Source: Kudoa neothunni
Lineage: Eukaryota > Animalia > Cnidaria
Assembly: GCA_964304625.1 (NCBI GenBank)
Contig: OZ199838.1
Location: 7,021,835 to 7,085,834, forward strand
Length of the DNA stretch: 64,000 bases
Direction of reading: 5' to 3'
Part shown: piece by piece, positions 26,080 to 38,924 of the stretch
Position numbering within the stretch: position 1 is the stretch's first letter
Layout: each line of letters opens with the position of its first letter
Notes under the pieces: model-generated
Databases searched by the model: none
What the model was told of the DNA's origin: nothing
Seen by the model: only the letters and a program-made list of their open reading frames with translations
Program-made: the position numbers and the translations under genes

Positions 26080-26192
26080 CTTCCCAAAATAATTTTGTCC
26101 CAAATGTCGCTCGTAATTTTAAGTATTTTTATTTAAACTTAATACTTTTGCTTTGATACTTCCCACGCGTTGCGCACGCAACTAAACCCTCT

Positions 26193-29100
26193 ATGAGAAA
26201 ATTTTCATGCGTTGCTAGAATTCCACAAAACTTTTGTCTCTATAGGAATTTATGTGATTTTTCGAATGTAAAAAGAGCAGAAAAAATCGTTCTGCCGAAT
26301 GTTAAATCATCTTTCAATAGCAGTAGCTTTCACGAGCTTAATTCTTTTGTTTTGAGTAAAATTTAGAGGTTTTGAGCACTGGGGAATGGTTAGATTTGGA
26401 GAATATTAATTTATCGTTTGTATCGAGCAGTGAGTTACATGCGGATAATTCAGATCATCAAATCCGCCCAAATTACGTGTATATTGATGAATTAGAAATT
26501 AACGCTCGATTAAAGATTCCATTGTGCAACAATAAAGTGATTGCAAATTATGTCAATTTATTATTTTATTTTTTCATAAGATTATCAAAGTTTTATCGTA
26601 TTTGAGGATATTATGGCTCAATAATAAAATTGATCTTATCGAAGAAAATGTGGTGAGATATATGCTGGTAGTGCTATATCAGAAAAGTCGGTTTCTGAAT
26701 GATCCAATATTGTTAAAAAAATTGTTACTTGAGAATCAAGATCTCCTTAACCACAACGGTAACGACAGTACAATTTCTGTGTTGAATTTGGTGCAACCGA
26801 AAAATCTTCTTCACACACTATCAGATGTGATCGATTGTTGAAAACTTTATTTTTAATGTCATTTTATAGTTTCTGGCTTTGGATTGGAATGGAAAACGCA
26901 GATTCACTCCAAGTGCTAGCCAGTATGTTGATTTATTGGTTAAAAGATTGGCAGCAATCAATAAATTATGCGACAACGAAAAATTAACAACCTCTCCAAT
27001 TATTGATAATATTCCTGAAATTGGCCAAAAATACTATGATAAGTATTGGTTTTCACCCTGCAAAACTACCATATCTTCAGATATTGAACAACTATACAAG
27101 ACTCAATTTGATACAGAAAAAAACTGTATTGATTGACTTACTTAATGCCAAAACGAAAGATAACTTTTATTTTTGTTAATAGATATGGTCAGTATTCCTA
27201 TATGGAATAATACTAGAGATGAAGCGTCAAATGCAGCTTCTCCTGATGGGGTTGGTGTTGATAAAGATGATAATTTATATGAAAATCTGCTAAAAGATAT
27301 CACCAACCATCTAGCTCGATCTTTGATAGAATCCAGAAGTAATGTTTTCCAACAATTTTTAATATCGCCCTTTATTTGAGTACATTTATATTATGTTTTT
27401 TGTAATTTTTTAAGTTATCAGACATATACAATTTAAATATTTTCTTATAATTAAAAATGATATTTATTATTAAAAATAATATGGTTATTAGATGATTGGA
27501 AAAGTCATGCTAAATCATATTATTCTTCATTTTCCGACGCTTTTGATGTCGATGATATCAAACACATTAGTGATTGCACTGTGAAGAGTCTATTTATGAT
27601 GGCGGGCCGATCATTCAATATTATACCCAAATCACATTTCGTTAAATGTATTAAAGGTATAATTCAGCACCGTATAAATTTTAAATGGAATGAAAAATTG
27701 TTTTGCCATCAACATGTATGTGTACATGCTTGTGAATGTGTAAGCTGTAATTTTTGTAATTAGATGCAGTCAGTCCAATTTCACCTATACGACACTATGT
27801 ACAAACATCCCAAGCTGTGGTATCATCCCAGAGTGATCGCTAAAAATTATATGCTTGATCGTTGGGACTGCATTCCATTTGATCAATCCGAGTTATGTTT
27901 TGACTCAATGTGTTTCACCAAGGTGACCATTCTTTACTCTCATATATCTCTTAATATGTCATTTTAGTTTGCATTGAAAACCTATGAGCAGCTTATTGTC
28001 GTGTTGTCAATAAAATTTCCTAACCCTTATTTCTATGTTTCCAATAATAGCTTAACAATCCGCCGGGGGAAAGAATTTATTGACCTAGTGGATAAGTATC
28101 AAAAATATTTGTATTTTCCATATTATAAAGTGCCCATGTTGGTACCCCCAAAACCATTTATTGGTTCATACAGTGGAGGTTATCTGACCAATTTCAGCAG
28201 CTTTATCAATAGCACTGAGAATATTGGTACTGCCAAGTTGTGTTTTGAGAGAGCAAGGGGCGATAAATTATCTATTGTGCTTGATTCCTTAAATGCTTCT
28301 GCTTTTAACGAGCTTCGAATAAACGATTTCGTTCTCGATACTTTGATCTCGTTCGCCAATGATAACGCTGAATATCACAATCTAAATTGGCTGCAACAAA
28401 TGATCCAAATAAATACTTCTACTAAATCTGGTATGTTCTTTTTGCTGAGATGTATCACTTTCAAAGAGCGGGGTTGAGAAGATTTATTAGGGAACATTTG
28501 GTATTATTTTAGCATACGCTTAATCATTTTTTTAAATCTACGAATTTAACTATAAATTTAATTTGGCCGTATAATAATTGGAGATTAATATTTTTTAAGA
28601 TATTTATGTTAATTCTAATAAATTTTATATTTATTAAATAAATATAAAACCTGACGAATCGTTATCGTTTTCCCTGTTTTTTATCTCTAGCACCGATTAT
28701 TTATGTACTTCAGAATATTTTTATTATTTTTAAAATAATTTTCTTTTATCATAAGGAATAGAATATATTTCTCAGTCATAATTTAATTGATGATAAGAGT
28801 GAATGAGAAGAAATATTTTATAAAAATTTGGAAATCTTGTTTTTATAGTTGATTTATAAAAATAATTAAGCGAAGTTCAGTTAAATTATAAATCATATTG
28901 CACTTTTAAAATTGGAGCTTATTTGTGAACAACATGTAATTTTTTAAATTTTCATTGATTTTATATGATCTTTTTTTGACCAAAAATTTGGGTTATGCCT
29001 GAGTTAAATGCCAACTATTAAATTGTAAGAAGGAATTAGTTAATCATATTTATCAATTATAAGGTCTCAAACATCATTTTGGGAGGCTAAAATTATCGGA

Positions 29101-32100
29101 AATTCAGATTAACATAGAATTAAATGTCTAACAATTTAATTTTAAAGTAATACGACTTCAATGTAAACCTAGGTCGTTTTTGTCCTTTGAAAAATTAGAA
29201 ATGCGGAATCGTTATTTTGATGCAGTAATAACCTGATTAAATTATTTATATTGTTTTTTGAAATTATGATTTGAATATGTTTGTATTAAAAAAAGTAATT
29301 AATCACATTTAAATGAAAATTTATTTGATACAAATTGCCTTCCGTTAGTATTCTGGCCAAGATATTTACGTGCTTGATAAATATCTATTCGAGTTAATAT
29401 AACTTGGTTATTTAGAATTATTTTTAAAATATTTGGAGAAAATATGAGGTGACCAAATTAAATAAAAAATATAAAACTGGAAGGATGATAATATTAATTT
29501 TAATAAAAAGAAACTGTTGAAATTTGGAAAATATAAATTTAAATTACTCTATGAAATATTCTTCTCTTTTTATTGTGAACAAAGTAAAATTAGAAAGTTT
29601 ACTTAAAAAAACTTGATTGAAAAATTCAAATAAATGGAAAATGCTCATGTCTAAAATAGTACCTCTTCCAATATCGCGCCTCTTCTGAGATTTGATCGTT
29701 TGAGTGAAATTAAAAATTTTTTTATTGAATTTATATTTTATCGCTAACTTTGATAACATAATAATAGATGGGGGTGCTGGGACGTCGTCAACAATGGGAA
29801 ATCATTACCTTCGAAATATCGTTTCTTTGGGTTGTTATCTCCGGAACAAAACCATATGGTTACCACAATACATGGATTTTCGTGGCCGTTTTTATCCCCA
29901 ACCTAATATAATTTCTCATTACGGTGGTGATCTTGAAAGGTCGCTATTGATTTTTGCAAAAAAGAAACTTGTGGGCCCACAAGGTCTTAAACAATTAAAG
30001 ATTTATTTTTCTACTCTTATTCATGGCTCTCAACTGCTAACCGAAGATGAACATCTCAAATTCACTGATTCCTGCGTGAACACTATCAAAGAAACAGCGG
30101 AGAATCCCAAGAAAAATCTGTGGTGGGTAAAACAAGACAAAATTTTCCAAATTCTTGCCGTGTGCAATGAAATCTACCAAACATTAAACAATATTGACAG
30201 CTACATGTCAGGGTTTCCTATTTATATCGATGCAACTTGTAGTTCGTTCCAACATGTGGCAGCTCTCACTCGGGATCCAAAATTAGCTGAGTAATGTCAA
30301 TAACCGGTTTGCACTACCCCTTATATTTATTTTGATTGTGTTTTAGGCTGACTAATTTGTGTGGTGGTTCTAATCGACAAGATCTATATATTGAGTTCTG
30401 TAAAATGCTCGGTAACTATCATCCCGGTAATTTTAATATTCCTGCTCCAGTTTAATTCTTAAGCGTCTGAACGCAATTTTTCTTATACTCTTTAAATTCA
30501 ACTTTGGTAATTGCCCTCTTTTTGGAAAAGTTCCCCGGGAACACGTACCATTTAAATAAAGTCATTTTTATTTCAGTCTAATTTTGCTGTATAATGAATT
30601 ACTAATTGTCTCATTCTTTTGTATTGATAGCGCGTTATATTCAATTTACTTTTGTTATAATATGAATTGACTTGTTCATATGGCGTATTTATTTTAAAAT
30701 TATAGAAACCACAATGAAGGATTTATATTTTCTAATATATTTTGTGTATGTTTATTTTTTTAATCATTATTTTATTATGTTAGATTTTTTATTACGCATT
30801 AATTAATTTTATCACTCCACCAAAAATAACGTATAGAATCTATTGTTGCTAATATTTTTAATTTAAATAAATCTTATTCTTAGAAAGATTGATTTTTATT
30901 ATTTATTTAATTAATTAATTTTTGTTATTAGTCCATTATTGGAATTACTTTGAGTATTCCAAAAATTGTTGTTTCTTCCGACTCACATTTCTTGTGTTTC
31001 TTATTGATAAAGTCGATTGTATTAGTTTAATCTTAAATGATTTCTAATAAAATAATACGCTCATTTATTTAATGTTAAATCAACTCGTGTTATTTCTTGT
31101 CTCATTGTCGCAGAAATTACCAACCTAAAGTCAATTCTATGATCTAACACTTCTGTATAGTCATTTTTTAATCTCCTCAATATATTAATGTATTTATTAA
31201 ATGTTGCATCTTTGTTTGTACTATAAATAATCTGATGTAGCTTTCTCGAATCATTAAAAACAATAAAATTTCGATCACATTAAGAACTGACAGCCCATGT
31301 TGATAGTGTTCATGGAAATAAAAATGACAAATTTCTTGTAAATAAATATATATCCAAGTTCAATTGACAATAAAATTTAAAATTGAATTTTCTGTCACAT
31401 TTTAAATTTGTTATTTTATTTTTTCAATAATTTCAAATGCATTATTTATCGCTAGGACAAATCATATCTCAGATTTAATTCAAAAGAATGTTTAACGATA
31501 AACGTACAATATGTAATAGCGCGATAATCATTTTTAATAGTGTATACATTATTTCTTAAAATAATTTCGATTTGTGGTTTCTGTTTTGGTTACATTTAAA
31601 AATAATGGTTTAGATCTCGTCGTGGATAGAAAACTTTCAAAATTATGTCTTATAACATTTCTCTATGGAAACACAAACCTTGCTAGACACAGCCGCCATA
31701 AGTTTGCTATTATCAATACCCAAGGATCAATAACTTTGTATAACGAATCTATTAGACACACTATGTTTACAGAATTCCCATCAATCAAAAATTTATATGT
31801 GAGATTTAACTGTTTATTGTATGTGGATAGTTATGATTGGCTTTTTATAAAGATATGGACAAACGATATATGCCGCCGATTCAAAAAACTGGATAAACTG
31901 ATACATTGGGACACCCCCTTCAATATTCCCATATGCTTGTTTGACCGTGAGTACACCAAGATAACTCTATTCTCCAATTACTTTTTCACCGTTGTGTATC
32001 CAAAATACTTCGATGTTACGGTATCTTAATTACTATGTACTTATAATAGGAAATGTCTATCATCGTATATAAATTTAAGCCTGTTCTTGTAATTTTTAAA

Positions 32101-35100
32101 TCATAATTGTTTTTTAATTTTGTATGGATTATAAATGATCAACTATAATAGATTTTTAAATATAAAATTTTAATCGCTTTAAGAATTGGGGGCTTTTATG
32201 GTTTAAAAATAGTGTTGGCCCCTATTTATTGAATCATTATTAATTTCTACAGATCCAACGAGCTTTTTCTAGAATGATAATAATTTTTTATCCATGAATA
32301 AGTTAATTCAGTATTTCATGATAAAAATGTAATTTGTCTAAACTAAAATGAAAGATGACTTAAAATTATCTAAATTTCTAATTATTAATCTTTTCCGAGT
32401 TAAGACAGCGAGTGAAATAGGACTCGGAGTGATTTCGATAATTTTGACCGTTCGGAAATGAATTTATTGGGTTCATTTATAGTTGCTTTAAACAGATCTT
32501 TTTGATTGGAGGTTTTTGTTCATGACATTTTACTTTAATGGATAGAAACATTCTTTAAATGGATTTGAAAACGGACTGTATGGTGTTAAGAACAAGAGTT
32601 TGTGGCCACTTTCTTCAGTTTACCACTTGATCAAATCGGTTTTGTGGAGCCGTACATCATCCATTATTAGAAGTGAATTTTAAATATCATGGACGTTGAG
32701 GCCAAACAATAATTTCTTCTTGAATAATGAGAAAATATCTGGGTTGGCTGATCGGTTCTCCAGATGGGAAGGCCAAAATTTTTAGACGATATCGTTGCAA
32801 TCAAGGTTACATTTATTGCCGAATAATTTTGAGCATAAGGTTTGTTTTTATCTCAATGCATGATCTCCCCAATGATTTTCTCATTGGTAAAGAAAACCCA
32901 GATTCATCAATCTAAGTGATGATGGGGTTTACAATGAAGATCAAATGTAACATAACTATAAAATATAAATAAAATTCCAACTGGATTTATAGTCATCTTT
33001 TTCTTTTTAATGTCACTTACGGAGAATTTTCTGTCATTAGAACAAGTGATATTTTTCAATAAAATATTAAATATCTAGTTCATTAACAAATCATATATGA
33101 TTACAAATTTATTTAATTTGGTCTAAACCAGTGTTTTCCAACGTGGGGCGTATACCCACCCATTACCCATCATCCAGTATATAAAGAAATTAAGTTTATT
33201 GCTAATATTTTGAATTGAATTTATCATGTGAATATAACATACTGTTTCAATTATGCCAATGATATTTATCTTTTTAAAAAGAACTTTTGATAATTGAAAC
33301 TTATTTCCATATTTTGAGTGGAACCATTCTTCCTGTAAATAGCTCTCAAATCTGGAATTACTTACCTCTTTTTTAATTCTCAATATTTTATGTTTCAAAT
33401 GTCTCCTACAGGATTCTATTGTATTCGAATGCATACCGTTATATCAGAAGCCTAATGAATGATTAACAATAATATGATTGTAATTGGATTCATTCAATTT
33501 TGGATGGTCCTTCCATTCGCTTCCGTAGATCTTAGTACCGTTGATGACTTCCTTTTGAAATGTAGGAAGTAATGTTTCCTTATTTCATCTTTTACCATAG
33601 AGTATCTGATCACGTTAAGTTGTCTTTTTCCGTTGCTATCAACAGAAGACAGGTGTTGGCAAAAGACCCACAGACCGTCGATCCCATCATCGCATTTTTC
33701 CTGATACAAAGAAAGGGCTAATTAGTTTTTTGAAATTAAGATTGAAAACATTTGTGCACATGCCCTCCTTGAATATTTCTTTATTATTAGGTAGATATTC
33801 ATTAATATAGCTATTTAACTAAAAAGTGACCTAGTTAAACTTTTCACATGTTATACTGGACACAGCGGCGGTGTGAGACAAAAGTTCCTCATTTACAGAG
33901 CACTTCCATTTATCTCCCTTAAGACGTCGGCCCCTGTTACTTTTTCGTTTCCCGTGAAGTAAGCTTTCGTCGATTTTAACTACAACTTTTTCACCCCAAA
34001 TAGTTTCCTATCCTTAACCCTTTCATGCGAAATGTCCACCCTAGTACCAACAAAATTAAACATCCCATAAAAATGCACGTTAAATTTATTTAGATAATTT
34101 ATTGAATTATAGAATTTTATAAAAGTTAATTGTTTGTTTTCAGTAATGGTCGATTATGTAAACTAAGAGATCTAGCATTTATAGTAAGTTTAATAGTAAT
34201 CCTTACATAAAATCAACAAGGAATACAAGAAATTCACATTTATACACATGCAGCCAATTTTTTCCTATCAAAAAAAAATTAAAATTACGAAACGTTAAAA
34301 CGTTGTTTAATGCGCTATATTTCATAAGATATATAGCAACCTATCAAAAGATAATGACTGCTCAACACGTGGGTACTAGGATGGACATTTGACATTCGTG
34401 GATCTCCGGATTTCTAATACATGGATCACGATTTGGTTTTTAAATGTTCAACAGAGGGAAATACGACAACTAAAATTGTGGTAATTTCTGATGCCGATAT
34501 TTCTGATCCAGAAGAATACGTTTAAGATTTTGGAACACAGAATCTCGAACGAAGGGTGCTTGAAGCGTACACCGAAAATAATCAAGATTCAGACTGTTCT
34601 GATGAGGAAGTTGTACCAACCTTTAAGTGGAATGTAAGTGAAACCTTTGCAAATATGCCAAATAATTCGGAGACTGTAGATATTGTTTTTAGTGAAGTTA
34701 CCGATAGATTATATCAACTTCTTTTTCAATGAAGATCTGATTCTGTTAATTATTGAACAAACAAATTTATATTCGGTTCAGCAAAATTCTAGTTTTCAAG
34801 TTGGTAAAGAAGATAAAAAGTTGATAGGAACGTTGATTATCATGGGAGTTGTTAAAATACCGAGATATCGTTGCTATTGGTCTAAAACTCTAAATTACCT
34901 ACCTGTTTCTGAGTTTATGTCGAGAACCCACTTCGAAGGTATTTCAAAATATTTACACTTCACTGATAATTCAAAAATTATCACAAGTCCGAATTCTTCA
35001 GAATATGATAAATTTGCAAAGATTCGACCGGTTTTGGATTCGATTAGAACAAATTGTTTGAAAGTTGAATGTGGACGAAAGAATTCAATTGACAAACAAA

Positions 35101-38100
35101 TTATTCCATTCAAAGGTGGGTGTAAAGCGAAACAATATGCTCCGAATAAACCGACGAAATGGGGATTTTAAATGTTCGTGAGGTGTGGAGTTAAGGGACT
35201 AGTGCAGGATTTTTATCTGATGATGCGAAAAAACCTGATGTGGTTAAAGTTGTGCGAGAGTTTTCCCTTGTCCAAAACATATTTTGTCAACTTCGACAAC
35301 TGGTTTACATCCATTCCCTTTCAAATTTTATTAAAAAAAGGAGCATTTACTCGGGGGAACCATTCGCAAGAATAGAGCAAAGGGATGTCCATTACAGAAT
35401 CAGACTGATTTGAAAACTCAGGGGCATTCGAGAGTGTGCACGACTCTAATAATAATATTTCCATAAAGCGTTGGTTTGATGGATCTGTTGTAACTCTCTC
35501 ATCTACCCATTCTTCAAACCAACCGATTAAAATGGCGAAAAGATTTGACCGCTCCAAAAAATCATGATTGACATTCCGTGTCCTGCAGATGTAGACGAAT
35601 ATAACCAAAATATGGGAGAAGTGGACCTTTCAGATATGTTGATGTCGCTCTACATAACGAAACATAAATGTAAGAAATATAACATGCGAATTTTCTTCTG
35701 CACCCTCAGTACATGTATTATAAATGCGTGATTATTACACACACGAAAATGAAATATTCAAAAAATTTCTAAGAGAGATAGACTGGACTTGATGAATTTT
35801 TCATTGAAAATAAGCGAAAGTCTTCGTTATTACCAAATAGCAAGTGCTCCCAAAAAACGTGGTAGACCGTCTCTTAATAATTCTTTGGAAAAAATTGATG
35901 GTAAATATGAAAGATCTAAAATAAGAAAACATCCTCTCAGTAATCATATTCAACTGTATAACGTAGGGAATTTTCCTGAAATAGAGTCAATTAAATCCAG
36001 ATGTAAAATATGCCAACGAAAAACTCAATTTAAATGCATTAAATGTTATTCCTTTTGTTGTATTGTGAAAGATAGAAACAGTTTTTTAAATTATCGTAGT
36101 CTAAATATCTAAGAAATTTTCAAATTTAGTTTGCTTGTTTTTGTGCACAATTCAATGCGCGAAATCGTTGTTTTACCACCGATACCAAATGTCCACCTCA
36201 GTACCCAGATTAAAAACAGCTAAAATTATATGTCGAATTTGTTTTTATCACAATAAAATCGTTAAATATAGAATATTGAGTGCTTGTAATATATTTAAAA
36301 AAATCGTGAAATGAAATAAAAAATTTGAGTACGAAAGGGTTAAAGGCTCTCGAGAAAATGAATCGTATGTTTTTAAACCAATTTATCCCGTAATTTTTAA
36401 TATATGTACCAACGAGCAAGTGGATTCTATTGTATTATTCATATACCAATAATGAATTATCTTCATTATCTATTTTATAATTATTTTGGATTTTTTTGTC
36501 AAACCTTTGGGGGAAATATCTTAAAGAGGTGGGACTGTGGTCTTACATCTTACCGATTGAAAAAATAAGGAGCCTAATTTGTTTATTATTTTTTGTATGC
36601 GTAAATAGTCTGATATTTATTACTGTCAACAGAAAAATAGTTTTCAGTAATAATGTATTCTTTCATATTGTTTCCTCTTGTGACATCTGCGATTTTTACA
36701 TCTCGTGGATATCCTCCAGCTTATCATTTGAATTGATCATTCTCAATGAGCGCGTTGATTTATCATCATATCGTAAAATGAGATTAATAAAATTGAGTAT
36801 GTCCCTTGAGAGAGAAAGTTTCTGACAAAAGCACAGTTTAAATAAGGGATTTATATACTAGGTCCACTTAAATGACAACACTGTTCCATTGCAGCCCAAA
36901 AGCGATAAACACGGCAAAAGATGCTGTAATTCTCACCTCGAAATCAAACCGTGGTCCGTATATACCACGTGTTCGAAACAATATTTATTTGTAAAATACA
37001 ACATTTTTTTCATAAATAAATCTGAAAAACATTGAAAATGAACTTATTATCGATTCAACGTATTCGGCTTCATCTAAAGGTCAGGTTTAGCATTATGTTG
37101 TGTACCTTAATTATAATTTAGTTTTTCCGAAAATACCTGATTAAAATTCGGATTTTGACACAGAGACATCAATAATATCATCAAACTCATCTGAGGAATC
37201 CAAAGATTTAGCGGTATCATTAAATGAAGAAATATCAAATAAGGACCCTCAAAATCTAAGTCACTATTAGTATATTCGATTTCTCGAGAATCACTTGAGT
37301 GTTCAGTAGATATAACCTTACGAATATGGTTATATTAAAATCTGAATTAAATTTTCCCTTTTCCATATCGGAGTCCGTCCGGTTTGGTAACGGATTAAAC
37401 GAATAATTTTTATTTTTAAATACTGCTATACTTTGTACTTAATAGGATACAACAAAAATTGAGATTTGTCAAATAATTTATTATTATTTTTACATTTAAT
37501 GTGTTTCTCAATACATTATATCTGAATTAGGATGTTAAAAAGTTTATATGATAATTGCGTTTATTTCGAGATAGCCGCTTTTTGATAAATTGGTTATGTT
37601 GCGTGATGATACTTAATGCATATCATGGCATAGTAAATGATTTTTGAGTTTTCTAAAATCATTCAGTAAATCGTTAGTTATTGTCAAAGTAACAAATTAA
37701 GTTGTTTTTTTTAATGGTTGAAATTTTAAATTCCATTAATAAAGTAATTGAGAATTATTCTGTGAAGTTTTTAAATTGATACCGAATAGTACATTTTCTT
37801 TTATAAATTTAGCGTTTAATTAACCCAAAATTGAGTGAACTATTGTTATTAAATTTCTGGATAATTCTGTGAATACTTCAAATATTTTCAGGATGAATAC
37901 AACCTATGACTAATTTTTAGATAATAAAGTGGGTGTTATCTATGATGATATGAACTCGTTTTGGATTTCTGATGGATTGAAATAACTAATTTTATTTTGT
38001 TTAAATTGATAGATAGACTATATTATTATTTACATAAAAAGTTGAGTTATCTAACTAAATAGTAATTAAAAATATATCAAAACGGATGATAAATTAATCC

Positions 38101-38890
38101 AAATGACATTATGAGTTGGATATGAGACAAGATTGATTATTAAATGTATTAAGTATAATTTTGAATCTTATTAGTAGAAAAACAAGTAACTTTCCGAAAC
38201 ATTCACTTATGTTATCCAAAAAATTTATTATTATTAAATTTTTATTTATACAATAAACTATAAAGTTAAATTATTAATTAATTAATTAAAAACGTAGAAC
38301 TATATCCTATGATATTATTGACTTTGCCAAACTTAAAAATGTATAGTTATTTCAATAGTTGTCGGTGTTGGTTTAATATATATATATATATATTCATTTG
38401 TTTAATAATATTTTAGAATTTAGAAAATATTGGTCAGAACTCTACAAGATGGAAGAATCTTCGAAATATAAAATATCAGCACATTCTCTCAAATTTTGTT
38501 CAGTCAATGGATGCTTGTTTAATGATGATGGTTGTTCTTGAGTGTTTTCAAAAGAGTATCTCTGTTTTGTGCATTCATGATTCATTCGGTACACATCCAG
38601 TTGATGTTAACAAACTCAATATGGTAATACATAGCTTTTTTGTTTGTATCAAGTTTATTTTTAGATTGGTAGATCGTGTTTTAGTAGATTTTACAGTGAA
38701 GATCATCTTTATAATTTATGGGATCAACTCAACTCTCAACTTCAAACTAATGATTCACCATTGAATTCGATAGAACCGTTCAAATGTGTTGGTAATCATC
38801 CTCATTTAACAAGAAACTAATTAATTTTACTCTTAAGGTGATTTCAATGTAAATGTTGTCAGAGATAAAGCCGAAAATATGTTCAAATAA
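26193..38890 (+). CDS. POLRMT: Single-subunit T7-like mitochondrial RNA polymerase, 15 exons, about 1,050 aa
   Basis: Arg-rich start MRKFSCVARIP (possible targeting peptide); PMLVPPKP, MDFRGRFYP, motif A PIYIDATCSSFQH, motif B RKLSK..TFLYG, WDTP, SNFVQSMDA, motif C IHDSFGTHP. All exons join in frame via GT-AG introns, including long ones at about 28431-29768, 30427-31613 and 32021-38416. Confidence 0.9.
33129..36980 (-). mobile_element. Heavily decayed hAT-like element in a POLRMT intron, split by a piggyBac
   Basis: CAGTGTTTTCCAACGTGGGG end at 33129 and a weak inverted match near 36960-36980; faint Buster-type peptide remnants on the minus strand. Confidence 0.4.
34018..36339 (+). mobile_element. 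piggyBac element (PGBD2/3-like), pseudogenised, in a POLRMT intron
   Basis: TTAA TSDs; TIR CCCTTTCATGC/CCCTTTCGTAC; AAATGTCCACC-TAGTACC subterminal repeats; broken ORFs with SIDKQIIPFKG, NKPTKWGF, FDNWFTS and a Cys tail. Confidence 0.88.
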
Positions 38891-38924
38891 TAACATGACA
38901 ACAATACTAGACAAAATATACATA

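Noticed and set aside
32340-32940. Tc1/mariner-like peptide scraps in the POLRMT intron (LLIMDDVRLHK)
   Set aside because: Too short, with no definable termini.
26193-38890. T7-like RNA polymerase as a prophage or recent plasmid insertion
   Set aside because: It has 14 spliceosomal introns, a targeting-peptide-like N-terminus and no neighbouring phage or plasmid genes.
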